DNA of 64,000 nucleotides from an uncultured archaeon (lineage in GTDB: Archaea > Asgardarchaeota > Lokiarchaeia > Sigyniarchaeales > SOKP01), in the NCBI GenBank assembly GCA_964388035.1, contig CAYLZE010000003.1, positions 1 through 64,000 of the forward strand, read 5' to 3'. A program made the translations under genes and the position numbers. Positions 9,583-20,162 of this stretch are shown one piece after another. Numbering within the stretch: the stretch's first letter is position 1; every line of letters starts with the position of its first letter. The notes beneath the pieces are model-generated. The model saw nothing but the letters and a program-made list of their open reading frames with translations. It did no database searches and was not told the DNA's origin.

Positions 9583-10803
9583 TTAGATATCTATTGAATT
9601 AGCAAAATCTTTAAATACATCGAACCATTCTTCCTTCCCTATTCCAAATTTTTTTCCGTTTCGAACAATGATTAAATTTTTCGATGGGCAAATATAAATG
9701 TATTGTCCGAAGTTCCCTTCAGCTGAAAAATCATACGTGTTTTCATCGCGCTTAAATCCCCACCAAAAATATTTATAATATCTTTTCCCATTGGCGAAAT
9801 AATCATCATCGTAATAAAAGTTATCAAAATTAAGCGAATCATCCTTCCTTGTTGACTCAGTGACCCATTTCTGAGAGATTAGTTGCTTCCCGTTCCAATT
9901 ACCCTTATTCAAAAATAGCCTTCCAAATTTAGCAAAGTCAATGGATCTCGCATTAATCCCACTTTCCATCTTTTCAAACCGACTTTCTCCGAAATCCACG
10001 CTCCATGAGCCATTAAATTCCATGCCTATGGGTTTCCAGATCTTCTCCTCCAAATACTCAGATACACTTCTTTTGGTAGCTCTTTCAAGAATGAGTCCAA
10101 TTAAGAGGGGATGGTAGTTATTATAAAGAAATTTTTGCAGCGGTTTCCCTACTATCTTTGTTTTTTCTAGTGCTAGTTTTCTCAAATCGGGATAATAGTA
10201 GGTTTTAGCATCATGTCCATTGTAAAAGTAAGGAAACTCATAATATCTAATCCCCGATGACATTTGAAGTAAATGTCTAATAGTAATATGTTCGAATCTC
10301 GGATCTCTTTTTTTCAACTCAGGCAAGTAATTCGTAATGGGTTCATTCACGTCTTTAATAAAACCCTCATCAATGGCGATCCCGATTAGGGCAGAAGCAA
10401 AGGATTTTGCACATGAAAACGAAGTTTCCAAGGAATCTCGAGAATATCCATTAAAGTAGCTTTCATATAGTATCGTATCATTTTGAATGACAATAAAAGC
10501 CGTAGTTTCATTGACTATTAAAAATTCTTCCAAGTTTTGAATTCTTGGCTGTTTGCAAAAAAGGGAACGCACTAATTCCTCTTTTTGTTCTTTCTTGAAG
10601 TAGAATGTTGGAGGAGATTTCATAAATTCATTATATGGGAAAATTTCATAATCTTTAATACTTGCTCCTCCTTTCAGCAATCCTAATTTCAATATTCGCC
10701 TCACGTATTCCTTGGGATAATATAAAAGAGGGATGACGATAGTTATTAAAAAGAAAGCTACAATCGCAAGTAATATTATAATTACAACAATAAGCACATC
10801 CAA
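9583..10803 (-). CDS. Membrane-anchored serine hydrolase, beta-lactamase/class C-like family
   Basis: SxxK (FSCAKS), YNN, LLQMSSG, IWKPIGM; N-terminal TM helix. Confidence 0.88.
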   Translation of the reverse strand: MDVLIVVIIILLAIVAFFLITIVIPLLYYPKEYVRRILKLGLLKGGASIKDYEIFPYNEFMKSPPTFYFKKEQKEELVRSLFCKQPRIQNLEEFLIVNETTAFIVIQNDTILYESYFNGYSRDSLETSFSCAKSFASALIGIAIDEGFIKDVNEPITNYLPELKKRDPRFEHITIRHLLQMSSGIRYYEFPYFYNGHDAKTYYYPDLRKLALEKTKIVGKPLQKFLYNNYHPLLIGLILERATKRSVSEYLEEKIWKPIGMEFNGSWSVDFGESRFEKMESGINARSIDFAKFGRLFLNKGNWNGKQLISQKWVTESTRKDDSLNFDNFYYDDDYFANGKRYYKYFWWGFKRDENTYDFSAEGNFGQYIYICPSKNLIIVRNGKKFGIGKEEWFDVFKDFANSIDI

Positions 10804-10905
10804 TTTTCTTTCCTCATAATTTTGCTAATAAATTCGATTTTGATTTTAACCTACTAAAAAATTTATTAATATACAAAGATTTTATGAAAATATAAACATT
10901 ACTTT

Positions 10906-10925
10906 TTGTTATATTGCTGACAACA
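10906..10925. promoter_or_regulatory. Candidate operator TTGT-N8-TGACA, copy 1
   Basis: ttgttatattgctgacaaca, just downstream of a TATA-like aatataaa and upstream of the esterase gene. Confidence 0.4.
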
Positions 10926-10945
10926 TATTATTTTGGTATTAAAAA

Positions 10946-12049
10946 ATGTGTGAAAATAACAATAGATATAAGGTAAATATTGTTACATCCAAATCCCTAG
11001 AGGGGAATCCGCTTGAAAGCCCTATCGAACGAGAATTGAATGTTTATCTCCCTCCTGATTACTTTGATGTTGGGGCAAAAAAATATCCCGTGATTTATTT
11101 TATACACGGGTATGATGGAAACAGCAAGAACTTGCCTATTACACCTCGCTGGAATGATAATCCGAACCTTCCGATTGAACTCATCCCTCCCGATCTTTTG
11201 AAAATGATTGAAAAAGATAAAATTGCTTCGTATGTGAAATTTGATGAGCTGATTGAAAAAAATGAGTGGAACCCCTTTATTTTGGTGCAACCAGATGCCA
11301 GCCTTCACATTCCGCATTATATGGGAATCAAGACTCTAACGGGAATGCCAGTTACCAAGGGGAGTTTTTACATTAATTCCAAAACTACGGGAAATTATGT
11401 TGATTATATTGTTAAAGATATAATCGAATACACGGATGCTCATTATCGTACAATTGCAGATAAAAATCACAGGGCATTGATAGGGACATCAATGGGGGGT
11501 TATGGCGCGTTAAATCTTGGAACCTTGCATCCCGAAAAATTTGCATCTATCGTAGCGTTAGGACCGGCAAATCTCTTCCTTGAATTCTTGGACCATCAAA
11601 TGATCTCACCCTTGAATGTAGCGCTTGTTGGAGAAGAAGAAGCTAAAGTCATGGGTGCCCAAAGCTTGCATGATATATTCGATACTCTCGATTTGATCGT
11701 TTCTAAGGAGCGTCCTCTATTGCCGAGTATCAAAAGAGATGAATCTGAGAATGTATTGTCAATGGATGAAGTTGCCGCAAGGAATTGGAAAAAACATGAT
11801 ATTAAAAATCTTATTAAAGAACATCCTAATGCTTTTAAAGATGTCAAATTAATGATGATTTGCCACAAAAAGGATGAATTTGGATTGGCAAAAGAGACGA
11901 CTGATATTCACGAAGTTCTTTTAGAGAAAGGGATTGACCACGAGTTCAAGATCGTCGTTGATGCTAGAGCTAATATTGCGCCTCACATGTTGGGAATTGG
12001 ATATCAAATTCTCCCCGCAATCAATTTCTGCTTAAATAATATTAAATAA
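10946..12049 (+). CDS. Alpha/beta-hydrolase esterase (Fes/putative esterase family)
   Basis: VYLPPDY, YPVIYFIHG, nucleophile GTSMGG, HPEKF. Confidence 0.88.
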   Translation: MCENNNRYKVNIVTSKSLEGNPLESPIERELNVYLPPDYFDVGAKKYPVIYFIHGYDGNSKNLPITPRWNDNPNLPIELIPPDLLKMIEKDKIASYVKFDELIEKNEWNPFILVQPDASLHIPHYMGIKTLTGMPVTKGSFYINSKTTGNYVDYIVKDIIEYTDAHYRTIADKNHRALIGTSMGGYGALNLGTLHPEKFASIVALGPANLFLEFLDHQMISPLNVALVGEEEAKVMGAQSLHDIFDTLDLIVSKERPLLPSIKRDESENVLSMDEVAARNWKKHDIKNLIKEHPNAFKDVKLMMICHKKDEFGLAKETTDIHEVLLEKGIDHEFKIVVDARANIAPHMLGIGYQILPAINFCLNNIK

Positions 12050-12136
12050 ATTAGAATTTTAACTTTTTTTTCGAAATTTAAAATCCTAATTTTCTTTAAG
12101 ATCAACTTAAAACCAGTCCTTGAGGAAAATTGGCGA

Positions 12137-12158
12137 TGTTGTTCTTTCTGTGACAACA
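12137..12158. promoter_or_regulatory. Candidate operator, copy 2 (TGTTGT-N10-ACAACA)
   Basis: tgttgttctttctgtgacaaca, immediately upstream of TATA-like ttaaatat of the MFS gene. Confidence 0.4.
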
Positions 12159-12238
12159 ATCCTTAAATATAGGTCTTCATTTTCAGATCACAATTGAAAA
12201 TTGTCATCAATATGGATAATGAAATTTAAAAAAAATTT

Positions 12239-13657
12239 GTGTTAAAAATGATTGAAGAACAACAAAAAACGAGTGAAGTTGAGAGAAAGTATTCAAACTG
12301 GATCATTGCTTCTTTTGCATCCGTAGTTATCATCCAAGAGATGTACAATATCATATTTGGTACATATGTATTCTTTTTTTATGAGACAGAAGTTAAATTG
12401 GGATTAGTATTCCTTACTATGGCATACATTTTCTATGCTATATGGAACATGTTTAATGACCCTCTTGTCGGAAATCTGGCTGATCGCCCAAACAGGCTAT
12501 GGAAGCGATGGGGCAAGCGTTTTCCTTTTATTGCAATTGCAATCATTCCTTGGGTGGTGTCATGGGGATTTATTTTTACTCCTCCCGACGTAGACACGAT
12601 TACAGGTGCTCTAACAATTTTCTTATGGTTTTTAACATTCACTTGCCTTTATGACCTCTTTTATTCTATCGTTTCGACGAATACCAGTGCTCTTTTACCT
12701 GATAAGTTCCGATTGGATGATGATCGAAGGAAATATTCTGCATTAAGAACTTTTCTTGGTTTTGTGGGTACGATGGTTGGTTCTTTAATTCCGCCCATGT
12801 TTATTAATTATGGGGTAAAATCCTCATATGCTCAAGCATCTGGGATTGTCATTATTATTGGAGTAATAGTTACCATTTTGTTTCTTCCAGGGGCCAGGGA
12901 AGACAAATCTCTCAGAGAGCGCTACTTTGAAGAATCTACTCAGCAAGAAGAAAAGATTTCCTTCATATCGTCAATGAAATCAGTCTTAAAACAGAAAAAT
13001 TACATGGTGGTAATTCTCGTCTATTTAATGAGTGATACTGCGGGAGCTTGTTTGACTGCATCCCTTAATTATGTTTTAAGATATGTTTTGAATGAACCAG
13101 CAGATGCCCTTCTATTACTAATGATCTTTTTTCTTTTGGGATCTTTTGTATCTGTTCCTGTTTGGCTCAAGCTATCCCAGAAGATGGAAAATAATCGAAA
13201 GCTTCTATTAACTGCGGGTATATCTAATGTAATCATTCTTGCTTCCGTTGCATTTTTTCCTACTTATTTATCCATGATGTTTGCTGCCTTCTTCTTAGGG
13301 TTTGCCATGGCAGGATTTAAAGTCGGTATAGTTCCTTGCATCACAGATTCGATGGATGAAAATTTGGTGACCAATCAGAAGCACATGGAAGGATCCTCTA
13401 TCGGTATACTGGTATTTTTCTTAAGGTTTTCTTTAATATTACAAGCTTTGATTTTCACGACCGTTCACGTGATTACTGGGTTCAATCCTGATCTATTAGC
13501 ACAACCAGAATCGGCTATTTTAGGAATCCGTTTCCACTTCGGTTTGATTCCTGCAATATTATTTATAGCATCGATTTTATTCTTCTATAAATTCTACGAT
13601 CTTACACCTGAGAAAACTTCTCGAATAAAGGATCAAATGAAAGAGCTTAAATTATAA
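12239..13657 (+). CDS. MFS transporter, GPH (MelB-like) family
   Basis: WNMFNDPLVGNLAD..WGKRFPF, about 12 TM segments. Confidence 0.88.
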   Translation: MLKMIEEQQKTSEVERKYSNWIIASFASVVIIQEMYNIIFGTYVFFFYETEVKLGLVFLTMAYIFYAIWNMFNDPLVGNLADRPNRLWKRWGKRFPFIAIAIIPWVVSWGFIFTPPDVDTITGALTIFLWFLTFTCLYDLFYSIVSTNTSALLPDKFRLDDDRRKYSALRTFLGFVGTMVGSLIPPMFINYGVKSSYAQASGIVIIIGVIVTILFLPGAREDKSLRERYFEESTQQEEKISFISSMKSVLKQKNYMVVILVYLMSDTAGACLTASLNYVLRYVLNEPADALLLLMIFFLLGSFVSVPVWLKLSQKMENNRKLLLTAGISNVIILASVAFFPTYLSMMFAAFFLGFAMAGFKVGIVPCITDSMDENLVTNQKHMEGSSIGILVFFLRFSLILQALIFTTVHVITGFNPDLLAQPESAILGIRFHFGLIPAILFIASILFFYKFYDLTPEKTSRIKDQMKELKL

Positions 13658-13777
13658 AAGAAATTCTTTCTTTTTAATTTTTTAAAGTTTACTCAAAAAT
13701 CCTAGCTAATTAAGGATATATGTTAAGTTATAGTTTTTTGATATAAAAAAAAAAGAGAATTATATACATCCGTTATC

Positions 13778-14599
13778 TTAAGGTTTTTTCTCTTTTGTTC
13801 CAAATTTAGATAGATTCATATAACGGCGAATTACCCGTTCTCGGGCCATCGGAACAAATAATTTTAACATCATCCGATCTAATTTACCGGGCAGCACCAT
13901 CATTTTCTTCTTTTTTAAAGCTTCATAAGCTACTAATGCTACTTCATCTGGATCATGGGCAAATTTATTATCTTTATCAAAGGTTGTCAAATTATCCATT
14001 TTGGCAGCGTGTTGAAATCCCGACCGTGTTGGAGGGGGTAATAACACTGTAATGGATACATCTACCCCAAGATCTTTCAACTCTTCATTCAATGCGACAC
14101 CATAATAAAAGCTAAAAGCTTTCGCTGCACTATAAGCAGCTGATTTAGGAGTAGGTCCTAGCCCTCCTTGTGAAGAAGTAATTAAGATTTTTCCATGGTT
14201 TTTTGCAACCATATCATTAAGATAAAGACGAGTTAAATGATAGTTTGTGACTGCTAATAAATTAATCATCGCCAAATCACGTTCAATTTCAAAATCATGG
14301 TACCATCCATATGCTCCGAACCCTGCATTATTTATTAAAATCTCAATATTATATCCATTTTGTGTGGTAAAATCATGGACTTTCTGTGCAGACCCTTGGA
14401 TGGCTAAATCTTGTTGATGACAAACAATATTAGCTTTAGGCATATTTGCATCAAACCACGCTTTCGCACGATCTAATTCATCTTGAGGTTTAGCTATAAT
14501 TATAACAATATATCCATCTTTTCCTAAAAGTTTAGAGAATTCCATTCCAATTCCACTGGATCCTCCCGTTACTAACGCACATTTTTGATTTTTTTCCAT
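13778..14599 (-). CDS. Short-chain dehydrogenase/reductase
   Basis: TGGSSGIG, LINNAGFG, YSAAK. Confidence 0.92.
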   Translation of the reverse strand: MEKNQKCALVTGGSSGIGMEFSKLLGKDGYIVIIIAKPQDELDRAKAWFDANMPKANIVCHQQDLAIQGSAQKVHDFTTQNGYNIEILINNAGFGAYGWYHDFEIERDLAMINLLAVTNYHLTRLYLNDMVAKNHGKILITSSQGGLGPTPKSAAYSAAKAFSFYYGVALNEELKDLGVDVSITVLLPPPTRSGFQHAAKMDNLTTFDKDNKFAHDPDEVALVAYEALKKKKMMVLPGKLDRMMLKLFVPMARERVIRRYMNLSKFGTKEKKP

Positions 14600-14646
14600 T
14601 ATATTTTGCTCTTTTTGGAATTAATTTATAATTTAAACTTAAAAAA

Positions 14647-16749
14647 CTATCCTCCGCTTAAGGGTTGTACATTGGTATAAAACGTTTTTCTGCTTTCTGA
14701 TTTTAAGTATTCGTTGACCAAGACTGCTGGAACTCCTTTGGCATGGGCTAGATCTTCTAGCGCGAAATCTAATTTTAGACGCTTTAAAGTTTCTTCTTTT
14801 GGTACCCCATTTTTCTCATATCCCATTGCTTCATAATAATCTTGAGCAATAAGTTCCACATCGTAGGTTTTATCTTTTAATGGTCCCTTTTTTAAAGGAG
14901 GGGATCCTATTGCTCGTTGGGTGATATAATGACGAATTGCACCTTCACGAGCATTAAACATTTGACGAATTGTTTGGATTCTATGTCCTGTTTCCAATAA
15001 TTCATCAACGTTAACATCCCATCCCGTAATAGCTTGAAGTATTTCTAAATACGGATATGCTCCCATATTGAGAGCAAAAATACACAAACCATTTGATTCT
15101 ATCGTTTGTTTAAATTTCGCAGTTTTTGCTTGTAAAATTCCTAAATCAGATTCTTCCTTGACATCAAAAGAACCTAATTCCTCTAGAAAATATTTTACAC
15201 CCAATTTATCCATATTAAGTGTAGCTGCTGTATGTCGCCCAGGTGTTGGATCTGCCATATAGGTGACTGCTAGCATGGGATCCGCTCTAGCGTCATGCAT
15301 TGGAATTTCTTGACCATTTGCGTGAATGGCATAATTTTTTGAATTTGGGATTTTTTCAGAAGCTACTTGCACACCATCAGCCAAAATATTACCAATTCCT
15401 TCTCGATTGATCATCATATTAAGGAGTTGAAGCAAGTATGTATTATCTTCCCATTTAGGCAAGAAACCTTCAGGATAAGCTACACATTTGAAATCTTTTA
15501 TTGTTAATAGCCCATGTTCACAACATTCATACACGAATGCAACAACAACTCCGGCGGAAATGGAATCCATCCCTGCGCGATTTAGCATCTCATTTAATTT
15601 TAAAAGGAGATCAAGATCGTCATTTAAAATTAAGGATCCGAATGCAGATAAAGTTTCATATTCAGGTCGATGAGTCTCTTTCTCAGCATATGGTAATTCT
15701 TCATATTCTAAAATTGCTCCACATCGAGCCGGGCATGAAAAACAACCATATTGTGTTTTCATCAGTTTCTTTGTTTTTTTCCCACTTAAATTCTTAGCTG
15801 ATTTCATTGGAAAATCTTTATATCCCACGCCCTTAAAATTTTTTATCGGAGAATCCCCAATTTGAGAAGATACGATGGTACCTGAAGTAGTTCCTAATTG
15901 AGCTGTTGAATACATTTGGATTATCATTTTAGCAAGGGAAGGAGAATCAAAGGAATCGGGTGACATTTTCATTAACCGCAACATTGGAGCAAAGGATTCC
16001 ATATTTGTGATAAATTTCGTCATAAATCCCTTTTTCGCCATTTTTTTAAACTTAGAATTGTATTGCTTAATATAATTCATTAACGCAGTTTTATCATGCA
16101 ATTCAAGATGTTCTGTTTCCTTACTTCTGCGTATACATATAGCCTTTAATTTTTTGGATCCCATCACTGCCCCGAGACCACTTCGACCGGCAATTCTCCC
16201 AGAGTCATTAACTATACCCGATATTAATGAGAGATTTTCACCCGATGGACCGATACAAGCAACCTTGACACGAGAGCCATGTACTTTTTCAATCAATTTT
16301 TCCGTCTCTATAACGTCTTTTCCCCAGAGCTCCGACGCATCAAGCAATTGGATGCTTTCTCCATCGATAAACAAATAAGTTGGTTTTTCTGCTTGTCCTT
16401 CAATAAAAATACCATCATAACCTACTTTTTTAATTTCCGGACCAAATGTGCCTCCAGAATTGGCATTACCCCATCCCCCTGTTAAGGGACTTTTACCACA
16501 TACCATGTAGCGGCCTGAGAAGGGACTCGCTGTTCCAGTAAACAAACCGGGACATATTCCTAATATGTTATCTGATCCCAAAGGATCAGCACCAAGTTTT
16601 AGATGGGTATAAATATAATATGCTCCTAAACCATATCCCCCATAATATTGCCTGTAAATTTTATCGTCAGGTTCTTCAACGTGCCAGGATTCAGCTGAAA
16701 GATCTACTACCAAAATTTTTTTATGATATCCTAGTGCCATAATAGTCAC
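14647..16749 (-). CDS. Aldehyde:ferredoxin oxidoreductase family protein (W-pterin, 4Fe-4S)
   Basis: KSPLTGGWG, GRSGLGAVMGSKKLKA, GCFSCPARC, PEYET, REGIG..LADG. Confidence 0.93.
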   Translation of the reverse strand: MTIMALGYHKKILVVDLSAESWHVEEPDDKIYRQYYGGYGLGAYYIYTHLKLGADPLGSDNILGICPGLFTGTASPFSGRYMVCGKSPLTGGWGNANSGGTFGPEIKKVGYDGIFIEGQAEKPTYLFIDGESIQLLDASELWGKDVIETEKLIEKVHGSRVKVACIGPSGENLSLISGIVNDSGRIAGRSGLGAVMGSKKLKAICIRRSKETEHLELHDKTALMNYIKQYNSKFKKMAKKGFMTKFITNMESFAPMLRLMKMSPDSFDSPSLAKMIIQMYSTAQLGTTSGTIVSSQIGDSPIKNFKGVGYKDFPMKSAKNLSGKKTKKLMKTQYGCFSCPARCGAILEYEELPYAEKETHRPEYETLSAFGSLILNDDLDLLLKLNEMLNRAGMDSISAGVVVAFVYECCEHGLLTIKDFKCVAYPEGFLPKWEDNTYLLQLLNMMINREGIGNILADGVQVASEKIPNSKNYAIHANGQEIPMHDARADPMLAVTYMADPTPGRHTAATLNMDKLGVKYFLEELGSFDVKEESDLGILQAKTAKFKQTIESNGLCIFALNMGAYPYLEILQAITGWDVNVDELLETGHRIQTIRQMFNAREGAIRHYITQRAIGSPPLKKGPLKDKTYDVELIAQDYYEAMGYEKNGVPKEETLKRLKLDFALEDLAHAKGVPAVLVNEYLKSESRKTFYTNVQPLSGG

Positions 16750-16945
16750 TTTGAATACAATTTCTTGACTTTGAAATCAAGAAATTCTCATGTATAAAAT
16801 TTTTAGTATTGTTTAATATTTAAAGGTTTTCCAAATCTTGATTATGAAATCAAAAAATCCTATAATTTCATTATTTTAATATTGTTTAAATTTAAAAGAT
16901 TAGCAATATTTTAATTTTCAAGTAAAAATTTTTGCAAAGAAACTG

Positions 16946-17677
16946 ATGAGGTATAAAGAGAAACAAGCTAAATACAAGCCAGAAATTCTTCGTCTTCTAA
17001 AGAATAAACAACATGGAATGATTGCAACAGATATTAAGGAGCATTTAAACCATTCACTCAGCAGAAATACAATTCAATCATATTTAGAACAGCTTAAAGA
17101 TGAGAAAAAGGTGTATTTAGTAAAAATTGGTCGGTATGAACTGTGGTTCCATAAGAATCAAAAAGATAATAGAATAGACATTAGTCAAGATTTATCAAAT
17201 CATCCAATTTTTCCTTTTTTCTCTAATTTTCTTGATAGCTTGGAAAATAACCTAGCAAATGAGCTAATCGATTGGAAAGGGATCGGGTATGAATTAGGTA
17301 AGACTTTTAAATTTGAGCCATATTTCCCAAAACTTAGGTATTTTGTAGTTGATGAGCCATCCAAAATCTTTAATCTTAATCGGGAAATATATCCAATAAT
17401 ATTACGACAGATTTTCATTTTCTTTGGTGACTACAACGTTGAAATTGATCCTCCAATTATTCAAAAAGAGATGAATAGTATTATTTTTCGAATTCGCGGG
17501 TCAAAATTTTATAAAAATAAGATATTTTTCCATCTATTGTGTGGAATTGAAGAAGCAGAAATTGGTCAAATTGTTCCTTTTCCAGTAAAAATTAATGTTT
17601 TACAACAAATAATAGAAAAAAAAATTATTGATATCAATTTCAAAATATACCCAGATAAAGTGAGGAAGACAACCTAA
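16946..17677 (+). CDS. Transcriptional regulator: N-terminal winged HTH plus V4R-like C-terminal domain
   Basis: SRNTIQSYLEQL..KVYLVKIGRY HTH/wing; IGYELGK and FHLLCGIEEA are V4R-like; divergent from the AOR gene. Confidence 0.65.
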   Translation: MRYKEKQAKYKPEILRLLKNKQHGMIATDIKEHLNHSLSRNTIQSYLEQLKDEKKVYLVKIGRYELWFHKNQKDNRIDISQDLSNHPIFPFFSNFLDSLENNLANELIDWKGIGYELGKTFKFEPYFPKLRYFVVDEPSKIFNLNREIYPIILRQIFIFFGDYNVEIDPPIIQKEMNSIIFRIRGSKFYKNKIFFHLLCGIEEAEIGQIVPFPVKINVLQQIIEKKIIDINFKIYPDKVRKTT

Positions 17678-17947
17678 TCTTTCTAAAGGAAATTGATTAA
17701 AAAGCCCATCTTGTTAAGTATATCTTTTGAAATATTAATAGAGAGAAGAATTAACCTTTCAAATAAAGAATCCATCAATAACGTTATATTGTAATAAAAA
17801 AGAGTCGCCTCTTTAAATAGAATTTTAAAAAGTTCATTCTTTTATTTGAACTATTTAAGGGACAAACCTCGAGTAAAAAATATTTAAAAAGATGTTATCT
17901 TTAACAATAACAATATTATGTACCGTAAAAATAAGAGGTAATATTCA

Positions 17948-18574
17948 ATGTCAAAAGATAAGAAAGAAAGAATTTCATGGAACATGAAAGGGGTGTGGTA
18001 TGAAGCATGCGCCGCAGAAGGGCACTGTTCTTTCTATTTTGGAAGGGATCGAGAGGAACCGTGTAAATCTTTTCAGTTATTTCAAATTGAGGAAGGTAAA
18101 ATTGGAGAGGTCGATATTAGCGGATTATTAGCCATTAATGTGGTGGATCTTTATTCTAATAAAGCTTCGGATTTGCTCATTAAAGGCGGAGAGGGAGGCG
18201 TTTATATAATGAAAGGTGTTAATGAGGATCAGAAGCGGAAGCTAGAACCATTTTTCGAAAAAAATGTTCCTGGCATGTTACTTGTTAGAAAGATTTTAGG
18301 TTTTAAATATGTAGATATCAATTTGAAGAGGGAAGGCAATACTTTCCATGTGACCATGCCGTTTGGAGAAATGAAGCAATCATTTGCTCTCGGGGGAGAT
18401 GGTAAAAACCCCCCGCGATTGGAAAATTCAGTCTTTAGTATTATGCTTTCCGACATTAAAATCTGTAATACTCATTACTGGAAATATAATGATTACGGTA
18501 AGAATTGGGCTTTTACTAATAGAAGTGGTGCAATAGCTAATTTTGATTTAAACGGAAAGACTCGAGACATTTAA
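17948..18574 (+). CDS. DUF1326-like protein
   Basis: W.MKGVWYEAC, IEEGKIGEVDISGL and the terminal RSGAIANF pattern. Confidence 0.6.
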   Translation: MSKDKKERISWNMKGVWYEACAAEGHCSFYFGRDREEPCKSFQLFQIEEGKIGEVDISGLLAINVVDLYSNKASDLLIKGGEGGVYIMKGVNEDQKRKLEPFFEKNVPGMLLVRKILGFKYVDINLKREGNTFHVTMPFGEMKQSFALGGDGKNPPRLENSVFSIMLSDIKICNTHYWKYNDYGKNWAFTNRSGAIANFDLNGKTRDI

Positions 18575-18818
18575 ATAAATTAATTTTCATAGTTTCTTCA
18601 AAAATTATTAATTAGAGTAAATCTAATCCTTGTGATGGGCTACAATTGTAAGGTATAATGCAAATATATCTTGAATGATTACTCATTAATGCGTAAAGAA
18701 TTCTTAAAGTTTATAATGATGCTTTTTAAAATTAATTCATCATATATGGCTTACCTCATCTTATCAAAATCGTTCTATATGTGAGATTTTGAACATCTAA
18801 TTATTATCATTAGGTGAC

Positions 18819-19141
18819 CTAATTGAAAATGGAGTGATAAACGGTTCTATCTATTTTTCGTAAGTGTTCATTTAAGACACTCTTAGAAATCTTAAAATTT
18901 TTGCAATTGTCTTTGAATGGATTTTGAGTGGTATTTCAAAATAGCCGTGCTGAATAGCATAAAAAACAATTTCTCTTTGACGATTAGTTAAACTTAAAAA
19001 AAGACTTTTATCGTCTAGACGCAAGCAAGAAATACTAAGAATTTCGAGTTTCTCACAATAAAAAAATTCTAAGGTTCCGATAAATTCATCGATATTTTCA
19101 CTATCTATTATAATGCTAACTAAAAAACAATCTTGATCAGA
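18819..19141 (-). pseudogene. Bat-type (HTH_10) transcriptional regulator remnant, frameshifted
   Basis: Minus strand reads LTNRQREIVFYAIQHGYFEIPLKIHSKTIAK, then after a 1-nt shift in an A-run near 18899, NFKISKSVLNEHLRKIDRTVYHSIFN*. This matches the HTH_10 pattern LTxRQ..A...GYFxxP....LA....IS......HLRK. The upstream frame is broken by stops. Confidence 0.8.
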
Positions 19142-19407
19142 TCATCTACTCATTGATGGGTTGATCTAATTCCAAAAATCTTAAGAGAGTTTTAAATTTG
19201 CATTATTCTATTTCCCATTAATAAACATGCAATTAGAATTCTTAATCTTTCTTTAATGATAGTCTCTTAAGTTGAGGTTATTCCTTTAAAAGCATTTAAG
19301 AATAAAGATAAAGAAAAAAGAAAATTTACTTAAATAAGATTAGAGTATTTTTTATTGAGTGTCTATTGAATTAAAATTATAATTAAATAAATGTAAATGA
19401 TATTAAA

Positions 19408-20061
19408 TTGGATAATCCAGAAGAAAAAGAATCTTTCAGGACAAGAAGGTCCCAATTAACGCTACAAATTGCAGGAGCAGCCATATTCGGTGCTTTATCT
19501 ATCGTGATTTCGGGGATACTCGTTCCAATCCTACCAAGGATTCCTGGTTGGGGCATTGCTTATTTTGATCCTACCTCTATTATTTGGATCACATGTTTCT
19601 TAATATTTGGGGTGTCCGCGGGCTTGCTATGTTGTGCAATTGGAACGTTTGGACTTTTATTATTTGATCCCACGGGAATTGGATCGATTTTCAAATTTTT
19701 TGCGACTATATCTCTGATTGTAGTATTTATAATTTATTTAAAGATCCATAAAAAGAACCAAGGGATTAGTAGTAATAAGATACTTAAGAAACCAAGGAAT
19801 TACATAATTATTGGGATAATTGGAACCGCTTTAAGGATTATAGTGATGCTAGTGTTTAATATTCTATTTTTCTTGACAATTTGGGCAAGTTTTTATCAAT
19901 TTGCAAATCTTGAATTTGTAGGATTTGGTGGAGTTACGGGGTGGACTGCCATCATTATAGGAGTGATCATCATTAATGGTTATTCGAGTGTATTTGATTT
20001 GCTGATTCCCTACTTAATCGTATATGGATCAAAACTTGATGAAAAATTCAATATATGGTAA
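19408..20061 (+). CDS. ECF transporter S component
   Basis: AAIFGALS (AxxxA), YFDP, six TM helices; no T/A module in the window. Confidence 0.7.
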   Translation: MDNPEEKESFRTRRSQLTLQIAGAAIFGALSIVISGILVPILPRIPGWGIAYFDPTSIIWITCFLIFGVSAGLLCCAIGTFGLLLFDPTGIGSIFKFFATISLIVVFIIYLKIHKKNQGISSNKILKKPRNYIIIGIIGTALRIIVMLVFNILFFLTIWASFYQFANLEFVGFGGVTGWTAIIIGVIIINGYSSVFDLLIPYLIVYGSKLDEKFNIW

Positions 20062-20162
20062 TATTATAGGACCAGAGCATCAAAAAAGTGAGATAATTTT
20101 TAAACACATTTTTTTCTCTAATTTTTACAGGTTTAATATTTGAAATTTTGTTAGATTTAGCT

